Assembly (NCBI RefSeq): GCF_020745735.1
Contig: NC_083435.1
Location: 25,047,231 to 25,111,230 of the forward strand
Reading direction: 5' to 3'
Length of the DNA: 64,000 bases
Source of the DNA: Hemiscyllium ocellatum
Lineage: Eukaryota
Part shown: positions 13,951-26,300 of the stretch, one piece after another
Layout of the letters: every line of letters begins with the position of its first letter
How positions within the stretch are numbered: position 1 is the stretch's first letter
Translations under genes and position numbers: made by a program
The notes under the pieces: model-generated
The model's input: only the letters and a program-made list of their open reading frames with translations
What the model was told of the DNA's origin: nothing
The model's database searches: none

Positions 13951-14971
13951 TGCAAACATGTGCTCAGGGAATGCAACTAAACCTTTTCATACTAATTTGT
14001 TGTTCTGATTCTACAATTACCTGAAAAATTAGGAATACTGTAACATCATTTGACTTTTTACTAAATAACAAACTTGGGACTGTGGCTAAACTAGGTCTTT
14101 CAAAAATGCCCCTTATTAATATGCTTGTATGTTTAGAACTGCCTGTTTATAGAAACTTGATTAACTTCCTTAATGGATCTTCCTACGAAGAATCTTATCT
14201 TATTCAGTATCTCTATATGGAGATCACAAGTCTGGCTGCGAATATCTGCTAAATGTAGTTGCCAACCTCTTTCGGCCATCTTGTCAATTTTAGTTATGGG
14301 TTGGGATTCATGTTGATGTTTGATTATGTTGTTAGTCAATGATATATGTGAGTTGCATTTATTTTGTAGCAAGTGCAACAAGGCTTTGGGCATTTATAGA
14401 GGACATTCAATGTTAGAGCATGATGGACACTTTACTTAAACTTCTCTCCCAAGCTCACAAACAAGTTTTAACCTGACTGTGTTATTAGACTCCATTTCTT
14501 CTTTCAGAAAATTTTGCTTTCTCTCATGAAACTTAAATTGTAAGGAGTTGCCATTTTCCTATTAGCCATTTGCTAAGGACTAAACTTCAGATTAATATGG
14601 TGGATCATGCAGCAGCTCATTGAGACATTGTGGAGAGTGGGTATATGGCTTGCTACACTGACCACCAAAGTCATTGAAGAGTAATATTGGCTGACATATT
14701 ACACCAACTTTACACACAGTGTGTGGGCTCCCTGCTGGTCAGGTAGGTTGAGAAGGGTGGTTGACTCCAGGTTTAACCATGTTTCACCAGTTTCAGGGGA
14801 AACAAAAATGGCATTTTTGAAAGACCTAGTTTAGCCACAGTTTGCTATTTAGTAAAAAGTCGAATGACAAGTCTGATGTTACAGTATTCCTAATTTTTCA
14901 GGTAATTGTAGAATTAGAACAACAAATTAGTATGAAAAGGTTTAGTTGCATTCCCTGAGCACATGTTTGCA
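13951..14971. mobile_element. Non-autonomous element with terminal inverted repeats of about 160 bp
   Basis: 13951-14110 is the reverse complement of 14810-14971 (TGCAAACATGTGCTCAGGGAATGCAACTAAA...). Confidence 0.75.
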
Positions 14972-14972
14972 A

Positions 14973-15300
14973 TCATAGAGCTGTCCAGCACAGAAACAGA
15001 CCCTTTGGTCTAACTTGTCCATGCCGACCAGATATCCTGACCAAATCTAGTCCCACCTGCCACCACCCGGTCCACATCCCTCTAAACCTATTCCCATTCA
15101 TATACCCTTTTAAATGTTGTAATTGTCCCAGCCTCCACTGCTTCCGCTGGCAGCTCATTCCATACACGTACCACCCTCTATGTGGAAAAGTTACACTTTT
15201 GGTCCCTTCTAACACTTTCTCCTCTCACCCTAAACCTATGCCCTCTAGTTCTGGACTCCCCCACCCCAGTAAAAAGACATTGTCTATTTATTGTATCCAT
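14973..15300 (-). mobile_element. CR1 3' fragment
   Basis: Reverse complement of the GESRTRGHRFRVRG region and tail. Confidence 0.8.
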
Positions 15301-15620
15301 GACTCTCATGATATTGAGCAACATATTGTGTAGGACAGTCAACATCAAATACATGCCATGCAATTATTTATTTCTGTCCAGCATTTGGTGCACTAATTAG
15401 AATCTATTTGTCGAAATCTGTCAAATGGTCCAAAACTGGTCCAACAGCTGGGTTCTCAAGCCTGTCACACAACAGTTGCTGGTTTCAGGATTAGATGCTC
15501 GACTGTAACCTGGGACCTTTAAATTATGAGAGATGCCCTGCTGTTTGGATATTCAGCGTTATGAGACTATAGTGCAATTACAAAGCTGTGCAGTAAAATA
15601 AATCTTTTTCTAAAAAAAAG

Positions 15621-15930
15621 GGGCGGCACAGTGGCACAGTGGTTAGCACTGCTGCCTCACAGCGCCTGAGACCCGGGTTCAATTCCCGACTCAGGCGACA
15701 GACTGTGTGGAGTTTGCACGTTCTCCCCGTGTCTGCGTGGGTTTCCTCCAGGTGCTCCGGTTTCCTCCCACAGTCCAAAGATGTGCAGGTCAGGTGAATT
15801 GGTCATGCTAAATTGCCCGTAGTGTTAGGTAAGGGGTAAATGTAGGGGTATGGGTGGGTTGTGCTTCGGCGGGTCGGTGTGGACTTGTTGGGCCGAAGGG
15901 CCTGTTTCCACACTGTAAGTAATCTAATCT
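15621..15930 (+). mobile_element. HE1 V-SINE, full length
   Basis: tRNA-derived head (A box GTGGCACAGTGG, B box GGTTCAATTCC), V-domain GGAGTTTGCACGTTCTCCCCGTG..., CR1-shared tail, (AATCT)n end. Confidence 0.92.
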
Positions 15931-17137
15931 AAAAAAAAATCCTTCATTTATTTAAACACCTCGGGACAGATCCAAGAATTCCAATTTCCAAGGGAACAAC
16001 AATTTGTACACAGGAGAAGCAAGGGGCTTATTATTTGGCTAATGAATTCTAATCAGTCCAGGCACCTGTCCTATTTCTTGACCCTGGGCCAGGCATTAAA
16101 CAATGACACCAAAAAAACTCTGATTTCGGCAACCAAATGGCACCCCAACACAACACTACAGTACACGGAACATATACAACACATCAAAACATTTATTTGT
16201 CATGAATCTTATTTACAGTGCTTATGATAATAGGATAGCACAAACAAATGTTTAAAATACAGAGATGCTCATTTGCTATAGGGTATCTTCCGTGGCTGGA
16301 AAGGACTTTGAAATGTCCTGGAGGTGGAACAGGCACTGAAAAAAGTAACTTGCTCCTTTGTTACTCAAGAACGGGAAATGAAAACAACAATGAAAGTTGA
16401 GGAATGGCTGAGTGCAAGTCTTTAAAATTATGAACAGTTTCAACAAAGTAAATCAAGAGGGAATGTTTCCTTTTGTGACAGAGCCCTCAGTACAAGACAA
16501 ACAGAATCCAATTGCTTTAAGGACTTCTCTATCCTAAACTCAGTCTGTTGAACATCTTACTACATGGAGTGGTTAAAGCACAAAGTATTGATGCATTAAA
16601 TGGGAGACAAGATAAGCAAATAAGGGAAAGGGCAATAAAGGGTTTGAATGATCGATTTAAATAAGAAAAGTGGGACCAGGCTTGAGTGATGTCTAACCAC
16701 AGATATGAAATGCTTGTGTTGGATAGACCGGTTTCCTGTTGTATGTCTAATCCGATGTACTGAAGAAAAATTAAACAGGGCTGGTAGCACACCAGATATG
16801 TCCATGAGCCACTGCATTGAAAAACAGAACATTAGGTTCAATGTTTCCATTATCCTATTGATTCACCACTTCAGCGCATTGGTGAGAATTTTCTCCATTT
16901 TCCTGCACAAATTATGAATGGGAAAGATGGTTAAGGAGTACAGTCGAACACTGGTTAAAGAGATCCTCAGAAATCCCCCATCCTATTGCTTTTCGTGTTA
17001 ATCCAGGGTACATAAAGGTTGCCTTAATTACAAAATGCAAACAGCAAGTTCAATACAATTTGCTCTTTAGCATCAAACTGGTGAGAATCACAATTTGCAT
17101 ATCTGCCTATTTTTCCCAGGTGTGCTTCTCCAATAGT

Positions 17138-17317
17138 TCAGCATATTCCCAGTTTTCTGTGTTGATCCATGTCCAATTTGATGAGATAATATTGAATATG
17201 AATAATTTTGTTGAGTGCACTAATCAAAACACGTTTTGAAGGAACCATATAAATGCTGCATGACCAACATATAATGGATGAGTAACTCCAGTTGGCTGGA
17301 TCCATCATTTCAGTTTC
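17138..17317 (-). CDS. Candidate terminal exon J (59 aa ETEMMDPANWSYSSII...HIQYYLIKLD...GIC*)
   Basis: gctttgttctgtttaag|GAA, phase 0, 170-nt intron from exon I; contains IQYYLI. Competes with 16855-16902. Confidence 0.35.
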   Translation of the reverse strand, partial: ETEMMDPANWSYSSIICWSCSIYMVPSKRVLISALNKIIHIQYYLIKLDMDQHRKLGIC

Positions 17318-20300
17318 CTTAAACAGAACAAAGCTTTTCCTGAAATGAATGCCAGCTTGCACCTACTTTCCAACTGCCAGTTACCACCTTCTGCAGATGC
17401 CAATTAGACAGCAATCTTTAATTGGAACCAGGTCATATTTGTTAAAGTAAATGCTACACAAGAAGGGCACTGTCTCTGTTCTCTTACCTCATCCTTTGAT
17501 GCACTTTCAGGTATAGGGTAACGTTTCACTGAGAATTGAATGTGACAAAAGTACAAGTAATTAGCTTTATGTCTCAATCCCATGAGGAAACAGTCTCAAA
17601 CATTTGTGTAAAATCATTTATCCATTAAATTTGCACTGATACCGTACCAATTTTAAAGAACACGTCAGGAGTTTGGTTCAGAATATTTGCAGTTTAACTG
17701 CCCAAGGTCTTGTTCAAGCGGTGACTCAGTGGTTAGCACTGCTGCCTCACAGCACCAGGGACCCAGGTTCGATTCCTACCTCAGGCAAATGTCTGTATGG
17801 AGTTTGCACATTCTCCCCGTGTCTGCTTGGGTTTCTTCCCACAATCCAAAGATGTGCAGGTTAGGTGAATTGGCCAGGCTAAATTGCCCGTAATGATAGG
17901 TGCATTGGTCAGAGGGAAACGGGTCTGGGTGGGTAACTCTTCGGAAGGTGAGTGTGGACTTGTTGGGGCGAAGGACCTATTTTCATTCTGTAGGGAATCT
18001 AATCTAAAGTTTTCCTGCAGAGTTGCAGATAAGTGGGATTAATTGGGCAGTTCTTTGAAAGTGCTAGCACTGGTATAATGACCTGAATGGCCTCATTCTG
18101 TGTGATATCATTCTATGACAGGTGCAAGATCCTGACAGCATAAATGCCAAGGGACAGGTTATCTTCTTGGGTATATATGCATGTTCTTAATAGGCGTGGT
18201 ATCAAAATCCTGACTAATGAATTGAGCAATGTGATGGGAGTATTATTGTCACAAGAAAGGCAGTATGGTGGCTCAGTGGTCAGCACTGCTGCCTCATGGC
18301 CCCAGGTTCAATTCTAGCCTCGGACGACTGTCTGTTTGGAGTTTGCACATTCTCCCCCTGTCTGTGTGGGTTTCCTCTGGGTGCTCCAGTTTCCTCCCAC
18401 AGTCCAAAGATGAAAATGACACAACACTAAGTTATAGTCCAACAGGTTTAATTGGAAGCACTAGCTCTCGGAGCTACTCTGAAAGCTAGTGTGCTTCCTG
18501 TTGGACTATAACCTGGTGTTGTGTGATTTTTAACTTTGTCCACCCCAGTCCAACACCGGCATCTCCAAATCAGTCCAAAGATGTGCAGTTTATGTGAATG
18601 GGCCATGCTAAATTGCTCGTAGTCTTTGGTGCATTAGTCAGGGATAAATGTAGGGGAATGGGTCTGGGTGGGTTGCTCTTCGGAGGGTCGGTGTGGACTT
18701 GTTGGGCCGAAGGGCCTATTTCTGTACTGCAGGGAATCTAATCTTTTAAAAAAAAACGGATGCCACAATTAGCTCCGGGTGATGGTTAATAAAAAGGCGG
18801 TCCTGTTGACATTGAATGCATTATGAAATGAATTTAATTCCACAAGGAGGTATCAGTTAAACTTGGCCAGTTTTGAAGTGGTAATGACAGTGGCGCTGTT
18901 AGCGTGCACTATCGTCATCATGACTGCACTGCCACTGACATTATCGTCAGCAGATGGTACATGAGTTACCAGGATGTCGCTGGGTATAGTGGGTTTGGGT
19001 TATAAAGGAAGGCTGGATAGGCTGGGACCTTTCTCACAAGGATGTAGGAAGTTGAGAGGTGACCTGATAGAAATTTATAAAATAATGTGAGGCATAGGTA
19101 GAGTTGATGGTAGTTGGCTTTTCCCTAAGATGGGGCATATGTTTAAGGTTAGAGCAGAGGGATTTTAAACAAAGGCATGAGGCGATTTTGGTTTCTCACA
19201 GTGGGTGGTTCATGTGTGGAATGCACATCATGAGGAAGTGGTGGATGTGTAAACAATTCCAATGTTTAAAAGACATTTGGATAGATACATGAATAGAAAT
19301 GGTTTGGAGGGATGTGGGCCAGGTGGCACTAGTGTTTAGTTTGGGATTACCATCGGCATGGACTGGTTGGCTGTATGACTCTATGTGCTGAATAATGTGG
19401 AGACCCAGAAGTTGCTGCTGTAGGGATTCAGTTTCACTCCAGGGACGTGGGGCTTAAAATACACCTTCTTTGAAGAGAAATGACCCAGCTTTCACTTGGA
19501 AATAACTTAATTGCTGACGCTGAAGAGACTTTATTTTTTGGGGTAATCTCAAATTACTCCAGAATGAGAAAAGAAAATCACCGAATCCTTGCAGTGTGGA
19601 AAAAAGCCCAATAGGTCCACACCAACCCTCTGAAGAGTATCCCATCCTTTGAGGGATGATAGATATAGGACAGATGTCAGAGATAAATTCTTTACTCAGA
19701 GAGCAGTAAGGACATGGAATGTCCTGCCTGGAACTGCAGTAGGCTCACCAACTTTAAGAGTACTTAAGTGGTTATTGGACAATCATGGAATATTGCAGGT
19801 TAGCTGGGCTTCAGATTGGTGCAATATCAAAGGCCAAAGGGCCTGGACTGCACTGTAAGGTCCTATCTTCACCAAGACCCATCCCCCCAATATATGACTT
19901 TATACTTCCACCATCTAATGCACCTAACCTACACATGCCTGAACACTATGGGTCAATTTAGCATTCTACCTGAACCTGCACATCTTTGAATTGTAGGAGA
20001 AAACTGCAGCACCCAGAGGGGGGCTAGGGCAGACACGGGGAGAACAGACAGTTCTCCACACAGACAGTTGCCTGAGGCTGGAAACGAACCCAGGTCCCTG
20101 GTGCCATGAGGCAGCAGTGTAAACCACTGAGCCACCATGCTGCCCTGCACATGCTCAAATGATTTTTTTTAAAAAGTGTATCCTTATTTTATCAATTTTT
20201 AAAATCGTAGATGAAGAGATTCTTAACTTAAATGTCAACATTGCCGGCTGAGAGAATACTTCAAATGGAATAGTTGATTAAGTTGCTTGCTGACATCACC

Positions 20301-23300
20301 ACTGCAGCAAGGTTACAGATCACTTTAACTTAGCTCTATATTCAAATGCAAATGGGAAAATATGCAAATTGCACCACAGAGATTGATACATCTGGGCAAA
20401 TATTTCAAAGGGAGCTAAACAGGAGTTAGTGATTTGTATGATAACAGTAACCAGCATCAGTAATGGGATCTTTAGACAAGACCGTAGCAGATCTCCATTA
20501 CCAGCACTGTCACTTCAGTCTCCTGTTGCTTTACATCTCTCTCTGAGTGGTACCAGCAAGGAAGGTCAAATTGTATCCGGTTTCTGCTCTGGCAAATAGG
20601 GATTGAAGCTTGTCTTCTTGGGAAGATATCAGCAATATCTAATCATTCAGCATTTCACTCCACTGACTCTGGGATACTGCCTGTTTCACCCACAACAAAA
20701 TCCTGCACCAATAAATAGGTAGTTATTGCCATCAGAGACAGCAAAACCATATTGAACTAGTCACTGTTTGCCTCAGTCTCTTGAGGTTACAAGATATAAA
20801 AAAACCATGCAGCTGCCCCAAAATATATATTTTCTTGTTAGGTACCTGTTACGTTAAGCTCGTCATATCCATAATCATGCCTGCAAAAGGAGGGGAAGAT
20901 TTTATAACCATCAGAATAAAATACACATCAAGGAATGAAAAGTTCTAAGATGATTGTCAGCATCTAGAATGTTGTACTTAAACAAAAAAGCCTCAGAAAC
21001 TCAGGCCATGTGTTCCAAAGAAAAAAATAACACCTTCAGCCTTTCCAACCAGTCACTGTGCTCCATTTTATTTCAATAAAGCCGCATTTTATCAGTCTTG
21101 TTATGGACCAGACCAAACCCCCTCAAAATATATTAAGAAGATGGCCTAGACGCTAACCTTTTCTTAATTTAAAGGTAAATTTAAGGTGTTGTGTTCCAGA
21201 TGCAATTCAACTGGTCAAACTATCAGATTTGAAGTAAAACACACTTTATTCATATAGGATAATTAAAATACAACCAAAGAAAAAAATAAAGAAAAGAATC
21301 AGCTTACCTGTAACTCTATCAAAATGCTTAACCAAATAATAGATACGGTATATATTACTAATTAACTGTTCCAATATATTAACATCCCATAAAGACCCCC
21401 TTTACAAAGGCAAATTTAAAAAGTAAGTTTGATTAGTATGTAACTCTAACAGCAGGAACATAACGCTAGCTTTTCACTGTAACAGGGAGAGGGAAAAAAA
21501 AAAGCAGCATCCACATCTTCATGAGCCCAGCAGCAACTTCTACTGAAATGATAAGCCCTGGTTCTAGAGGAGTTTAACCCCCCAATCATTGAACATCCAT
21601 CTTTACTGAAAGGACCAATCAAAAGTTTTGCTCTGTCTTGTCACTCTGTCCTAGTAACTTGAAAGCAAGAAAAGACAAACAAAATCTATTTGATCCATCC
21701 AACTGATCACCCCTTTTGATGACATCACAGCCCCACTGGTCCAACATCTCAGATTATTGCTGCTTCTATTGTTCCAACTTTAAAACAAAACCCAAGGCCT
21801 CACAAACTGCTTAATCTGGTGGTTCTGCGTAGACTGCTTGATGTATGTGCCTTGAAACCTCTCAGAAAGAAACAGGACAAACTACACCTCATAAAGCCAT
21901 AGCATCGACACAACCTTCATATTTTGTTTGCAGAACAGACCATAGTCATATAGTGTAGCATAGTCATTGCTGTTACTTGTAATTATGAAAATGCTGATGA
22001 ATCTGAAGATGTGCAAATTAATACCCTAGGATGGCTTTACAAGAGTTACTTGCACTTCATTGAGATATCTTGGCACATTGATAGTTCAACAGGCTGTCAA
22101 CAATGTGAAAACAAATACTCCCTGCTTTGCTGTCACACAGTGCAACACTGTAGAAACTATGAGGTAGATTTTGACTGAGACAGCTCATGATATTCCAGGA
22201 TCTTTCAGGATAGGTTCAGGGGTGCAAAATTGGCTCCCTGAATCTCCTGACCTAACAACAACACATGCACTGTAAGGCTTGCTTGCTGAAAGGTAAGTAG
22301 GAATAGGCATTAAATGCTGGTCTTGCCAAAGATCCTTATATCCCCTTGAATTAAAAAAGAAATGCTAACACAACTTGTTTCACATTCACGTTTACAAAGG
22401 AGATTAAACCATCTGGATTTGTGGAATTAAGAATCAAGGAATAGTGTTGAAATTGCATTTAAAAATTGGAAATGAAGCAATAATCTGAGATGTTGGACCA
22501 GTGGGGCTGTGTTGTCATCAAAAGGGGTGATCAGTTGGATGGATCAAATAGATTTTGTTTGTCTCTTCTGGCTTTCAAGTTACTAGGAGAAAGTGAGGTC
22601 TGCAGATGCTGGAGATCAGAGCTGAAAATGTGTTGCTGAAAAAGCGCAGCAGGTCAGGTAGCATCCAAGGAACAGGAAATTCGACGATTCGGGCAGATTC
22701 CTGATGAAGGGCTTATGCCCGAAACGTCGAATTTCCTGTTCCTTGGATGCTGCCTGACCTGCTGCGCTTTTCCAGCAACACATTTTCAGTTCAAGTTACT
22801 AGGACAGAGTGACAATACAGAGCAAAACTTTTGATTGATACTTTCAGTAAAGATGGATGTTCAATTATCTACAATGAGTCAGGTGTGTCAGAGAAGACCT
22901 CTCAACTTATATGCAAACAACATATGCTTGGGTCCATGGCTAGAAAGTGAGAGAAATTGCCGTCCCTCAGGATGAGAATGCCTCTTACCCTGGGCACAAA
23001 TCTTTGTGTGGAATTTTCTTTTAACCACAGGCAGAATGGGGACTACAGATCTGACTGATGAGGAAATTTTCTCCCTCTCTTTCTTAATCTCCTACCATGA
23101 GCTTGTCGGAAAAGTTTTGTCAACAGATAATCAATCCGTTTGGTGAAATTATGACAGGTCTCGCATTGCCGCCAGATCTTGAAGTGGCACTTGAGCTTGG
23201 AGTTTCTGATCCAGATATACGGACTTTTATCATTGCAACAGCTCCCACCTCTTCTAATTCTGAGTTGCAAATTTTCGACTCCGGTCCAGTACAAGCATTG

Positions 23301-26300
23301 TAATGTGTTAATTCATTACAACTCCTGAGAATTCTTTCAAAGCAGCTTGAGAACCACTTGTTTACTTTGGTTCCACATGAACATGGAACTTGTTTCTGGG
23401 AGCATTTCAAAAATATACTTTATTCATAAAATAATTTGATGGTCTGTACAGTTGGATATGCCATACATATGGAAACATTCCATTTCTTTGCATACCGAAA
23501 CAGAGTAATCGTTCCTATTTACAGGTCTGTACAATTACATTTTTTAGCTGAGGCGTCAGCAGAGCCCAAGTGACTGCATGGGCCCTCTGATCTTCTTTAG
23601 GCAGACAGATGTTACACGGTGGTCTTTCCCCACCGCGCCTTGGCGGCAGTTGCCCCAAGCTTCAGCGCGTCCCTCAACACGTAGTCCTGGACCTTGGAAT
23701 GTGCCAGTCTGCAACACTCAGTCGGGGTCAACTCCTTCAGCTGGAAGATCAACAGGTTTCGGACCGCCCAGAGAGCGTCCTTCACCGAGTTGATGATCCT
23801 CCAGGCACAGTTGATGTACGTCTCGGTGTGCGTCCCAGGGAACAGGCCGTAGAGCACGGAGTCCCGCGTCACGGCGCTGCTCGGGACGAACCTCGACAAA
23901 TACCACTGCATTCCTCTCCAGACTTCCTCTGTGTAGGCACATTCCCGAAGGAGGTGTGTGACGGTCTCGTCCCCCCCGCAGCCGCTTCGAGGGCAGCGTG
24001 CGGTGCGGCTGAGAGTCCGGGCGTGCATAAAGGATCTCACAGGTAGAGCCCTTCTCACCACCAGTCTGCTCAGGGAACCGCCTGATAGCATCCGCCTTCT
24101 CCTTTTACCAAAGGGTCTCAAGGACACTACGTGCTGACCACTTCCTGATGGACTTGTGGTCAAAAGGTGTTTTTCTTCATAAACTTCTCCACGAAGGACA
24201 GGTGGTACGGAACGGCCCAACTACTCGGAGTGTTCCACGGCAGCGAGGCTAGGCCCATCCTTCGCAACACCGGGGACAGGTAGAATCTCAGTACGTAGTG
24301 ACACTTGGTGTTTGCGTACCGGGTATCCACGCACAGCTTGATGCAGCCACACACAAAGGTGGCCATCAGGGCGAGGGTGGCATTGGGTGTATTTTTTCCC
24401 CCGTTGCCCAGATCTTTGTACAGTGAGTCCCTTCAGACCCGGTCCATCTTTGAACTCCATATAAACTGGAAGATGGCCCGGGTGACTGCAGTGGCGCAGG
24501 TTCTGGGAATAGGCCAGAACTGTGCCACGTACAACAGCAATGACAGTGCCTCACACCTGATGACCAGGTTTTTTCCCGCGATGGAGAGTGACCGTAGCTT
24601 CCATCTGCCCAGTTTCTACCTCACTCTGCTGATACGCTCCTCCCAAGACTTGGCGCACGCCCCAGCCTCCCCGAACCAAATACCCAGCACCTTCAGGTGG
24701 TCGGTCCTGACGGTGAAGGGGATCGAGGATTGGTCGGCCCAGTTCCCGAAGAGCATGGCCTCGCTCTTGCCTCGGTTTACCTTGGCCCCCGAGGCCCGTT
24801 CGAACTGGTCACAAATGCACATGAGTCTGCGCACGGACAGCGGATCCGAGCAGAAAACGGCGATGTCATCCATGTACAGGGAGGCCTTAACCTGCAGGCC
24901 CCCGCTGCCCGGAATAGTCACCCCTCTCAGGCTCGCATCCTTCCTGATGGACTCGGCAAATGGCTCTATGCAGCACACAAACAAGGCAGGAGAGAGAGGG
25001 CAGCCCTGCCTGACTCCAGATCTTACAGGGAAGCTATCTGATTCCCACCCATTGATTAAGACTGCACTGACGATGTTGGTGTAGAGCAGTCTGATCCAAT
25101 TGCAGATTCCCTCCCCAAAGCCCATTTTGAAGAGAACATCTCTCATATACCTGTGTGATATCCTGTCAAAGGCTTTCTCCTGGTCCAGGCTGATCAGGCA
25201 GGCGTCCAACCCTATGTCCTGCACGTAGGCGATCATATCCCTGAGGAGTGCGAGACTCTCAGCGATCTTCCTGCCCGGCACAGCACAGGTTTGGTCGGGG
25301 TGAATCACCGACCCCAGAGCAGACCTGACCCGGTTGGCAATTACCTTTGACAGAATTTTGTAATCCGCATTCAACAGTGTGATTGGTCTCCAATTTTTGA
25401 ATTCCTCCCTCTCCCCCTTCCACTTGTAGATGAGGGTGATGATGCCTTTCCTCATGGATTCGCTCATGGTACCCGCCTGATGCATACTGACATACACCTC
25501 CAGCAGGTCCTGGCCAATCAAGTCCCACAGACCGGAATGGAGCTCGACCGGTAAGCCGTCGCTTCCGGGAGTTTTATTCTTTTCGAAGGACTCGAGGGCC
25601 TTGGTCAGTTCATCCAGAGATAGCAACTGGTACAGCCTCTCGCGTGTTCTGTCGTCTAAGACCTCCGTGATAGACGACAGGAACGACTGGGAGGCCGCGC
25701 TGTCGGTCGGCTTCGCGTCATACAGACTGGCATAGAAGGATTTACTGATCCTCATGACGTCAGCCTGAGATGACGTTATCGAGCCGTCTTCTTCCTTCAG
25801 GCTGCTGAGCACAGAGCTCTCTTTGTGCACCTTCTGGAAGAAGAAACATGAGCACGTCTCGTCCTGCTCCACCGAGCGGACCCTGGACCGGAAGATTATC
25901 TTGGAAGCCTCCGAGGCAAAGAGCGAGGCTTGCTGTCCCTTCACCTCCTTGAGGTCCTCCGTGACATCGACCCCCATCGTCTGCAGCAGGAGCAGGTTCT
26001 GCATACTTTCCTGGAGCTGGGACAGTTTTCCCCGCCTCTCTCTCGCCTCCTGAACACCTTTGAGGATGAAAAACCTATTGGTGTTCCCTTTAACTGTTTC
26101 CCACCAGTCTGCTGGGGACTCAAAGAGGGGCTTCACGGTTCTCCAACCTGCGTAGTCCCCTTGAGCTCCTCAATGTTTCTTGGGGTCAACATCTTTTTGT
26201 GTTCAGCTTCCACGTTCTCTTACCCGCCCGCTGCTCGTCCTGTAGGTGACAGTCGGCCAGCAGGAGGCAAAGGTCAGAGAAGAACACCGGCTTGTCATCG

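Noticed and set aside
15621-15700. tRNA gene
   Set aside because: A and B boxes belong to the tRNA-derived head of an HE1 SINE; no full cloverleaf.
20420-20640. SATVLSKDPITDAGYCY, resembling the end of a second V domain
   Set aside because: Stops in all frames, no Cys/Trp framework in register and no J motif; a second NCR3 V exon is not supported.
22200-22300. Plus-strand exon ending AAG|gtaagt
   Set aside because: Adjacent to an old SINE tail; no compatible plus-strand exon chain found.
23043-23410. Overlapping ORFs on both strands next to the Tx1 insertion
   Set aside because: No family motif, and no continuous frame after removing the insertion and joining to 30556.
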